From Meyerozyma guilliermondii (Eukaryota): 64,000 bases of DNA. The first letter of the stretch is position 1, and each line of letters begins with the position of its first letter. Below, one piece after another: positions 63,281 to 64,000 of this stretch. The stretch lies in NCBI GenBank assembly GCA_051546255.1, contig CP128817.1:868001-932000 (forward strand). Direction: 5' to 3'. The position numbers and the translations under genes are program-made. A model generated the notes under the pieces. It did not search any database, was not told the origin of the DNA, and worked only from the letters and a program-made list of their open reading frames with translations.

Positions 63281-63883
63281 TCAATAATTCACCAGTGGTT
63301 TCAGAAGTCTTTGAGCCACTTCTGGTCGTTCATTCCTCTCTTTCCGACCCGGTTTATCAACCTTATCTCTCCTATGCAGCCGGTGACGTTTGTGATCATG
63401 GTGCGATCTCGAACCATGTCTGTCTTGTTTTAGTCGTTTGATTTCCTGGTCTTTTATCTTTAACAACGGGTCATCCGCAAGTCTAACGCTCTTATTCAGA
63501 CCCGTTCCACCCACAATCCGCTCCATTCTGCTGACCACTTTTGTCTCTATAGCTTGCTTTCCACTTAACATGTCTTCAACCTGTTTCTTTCCATCCGTAA
63601 ATTCTTCATTTACTTCACGAAACCCATCTACCGTGGTCTCTTTGGGTGCATCCTCGTACATCCAGTTCAAATTGCTGAGTTCCCGCTTCTTTTCCGTGGG
63701 TATATCATCTCCATATTGGAGCTTCAAGAGCGCTTGTTTTTCTCGTTCTGCACTAAGTTCCTTTTCCCGTTCTTTGATCTTTTGATGTTCTTGTAGAGCT
63801 TCTTGTTCTTGTTCCCAGAGCTTCTTCTGGTTCTTCATGAGCCCGGGGTGCCATGATTTTTTGAGATTTAGGTTTCCAGGCAT
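63281..63883 (-). CDS. CWC25: Pre-mRNA splicing factor Cwc25
   Basis: MPGNLNLKKSWHPGL..NQKKLWEQEQEA, LNWMY, DDPLLKIK. Confidence 0.92.
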   Translation of the reverse strand: MPGNLNLKKSWHPGLMKNQKKLWEQEQEALQEHQKIKEREKELSAEREKQALLKLQYGDDIPTEKKRELSNLNWMYEDAPKETTVDGFREVNEEFTDGKKQVEDMLSGKQAIETKVVSRMERIVGGTGLNKSVRLADDPLLKIKDQEIKRLKQDRHGSRSHHDHKRHRLHRRDKVDKPGRKERNERPEVAQRLLKPLVNY

Positions 63884-63884
63884 T

Positions 63885-63992
63885 GTGAGTGAGTGAAGTG
63901 AGATTTGAGATTTGAGATTTGAGATGAGTGAGAAGTGAGATGAGAATGAGATGTGATTGAGGAAGAATGAGAATGAGATGAGAATGAAACTG
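63885..63992 (+). repeat. Low-complexity TGAGA(T/A)-based repeat
   Basis: gtgagatttgagatttgagatttgagatgagtgagaagtgagatgagaatgagatg... Confidence 0.55.
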
Positions 63993-64000
63993 AGGGGAGA

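Overview
Gene-dense chromosomal segment of a budding yeast. It very probably belongs to the CUG-Ser (CTG) clade, because CTG codons fall at positions that are Ser in homologs; the species was not determined. One third of the window (5766-27138) is a head-to-tail array of 11 apparently identical 1943-bp units. Each unit carries one intact BOR1 (SLC4-family borate exporter) gene with its minimal promoter and 3' end, so this looks like a CUP1-style, very recent high-copy amplification of a boron-efflux gene. The rest is ordinary single-copy genes: ARP8 (partial), an ELL-like elongation factor, PXMP4, SRO9/SLF1, a Taspase1-like hydrolase, RPL24, RPL30, SPC34, KAE1, CWC23, MIC10, a CLC channel, KAR4, IDP2, CET1, ALG5, tRNA-Glu(CTC), PER1, NVJ2, MEC1, CKS1, HSL7 (frameshifted at an A9 run), CWC25 and three unassigned ORFs. 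Smaller features include a very compact L30 autoregulatory kink-turn at the RPL30 5' splice site, a Tbf1/Cbf1-like ribosomal-protein promoter, a 572-nt MIC10 intron, and a ~2.6-kb ORF-poor AT-rich interval. Gene calls come from motif recognition, not database searches. Start coordinates were corrected to the first ATG where the ORF track used TTG/GTG.
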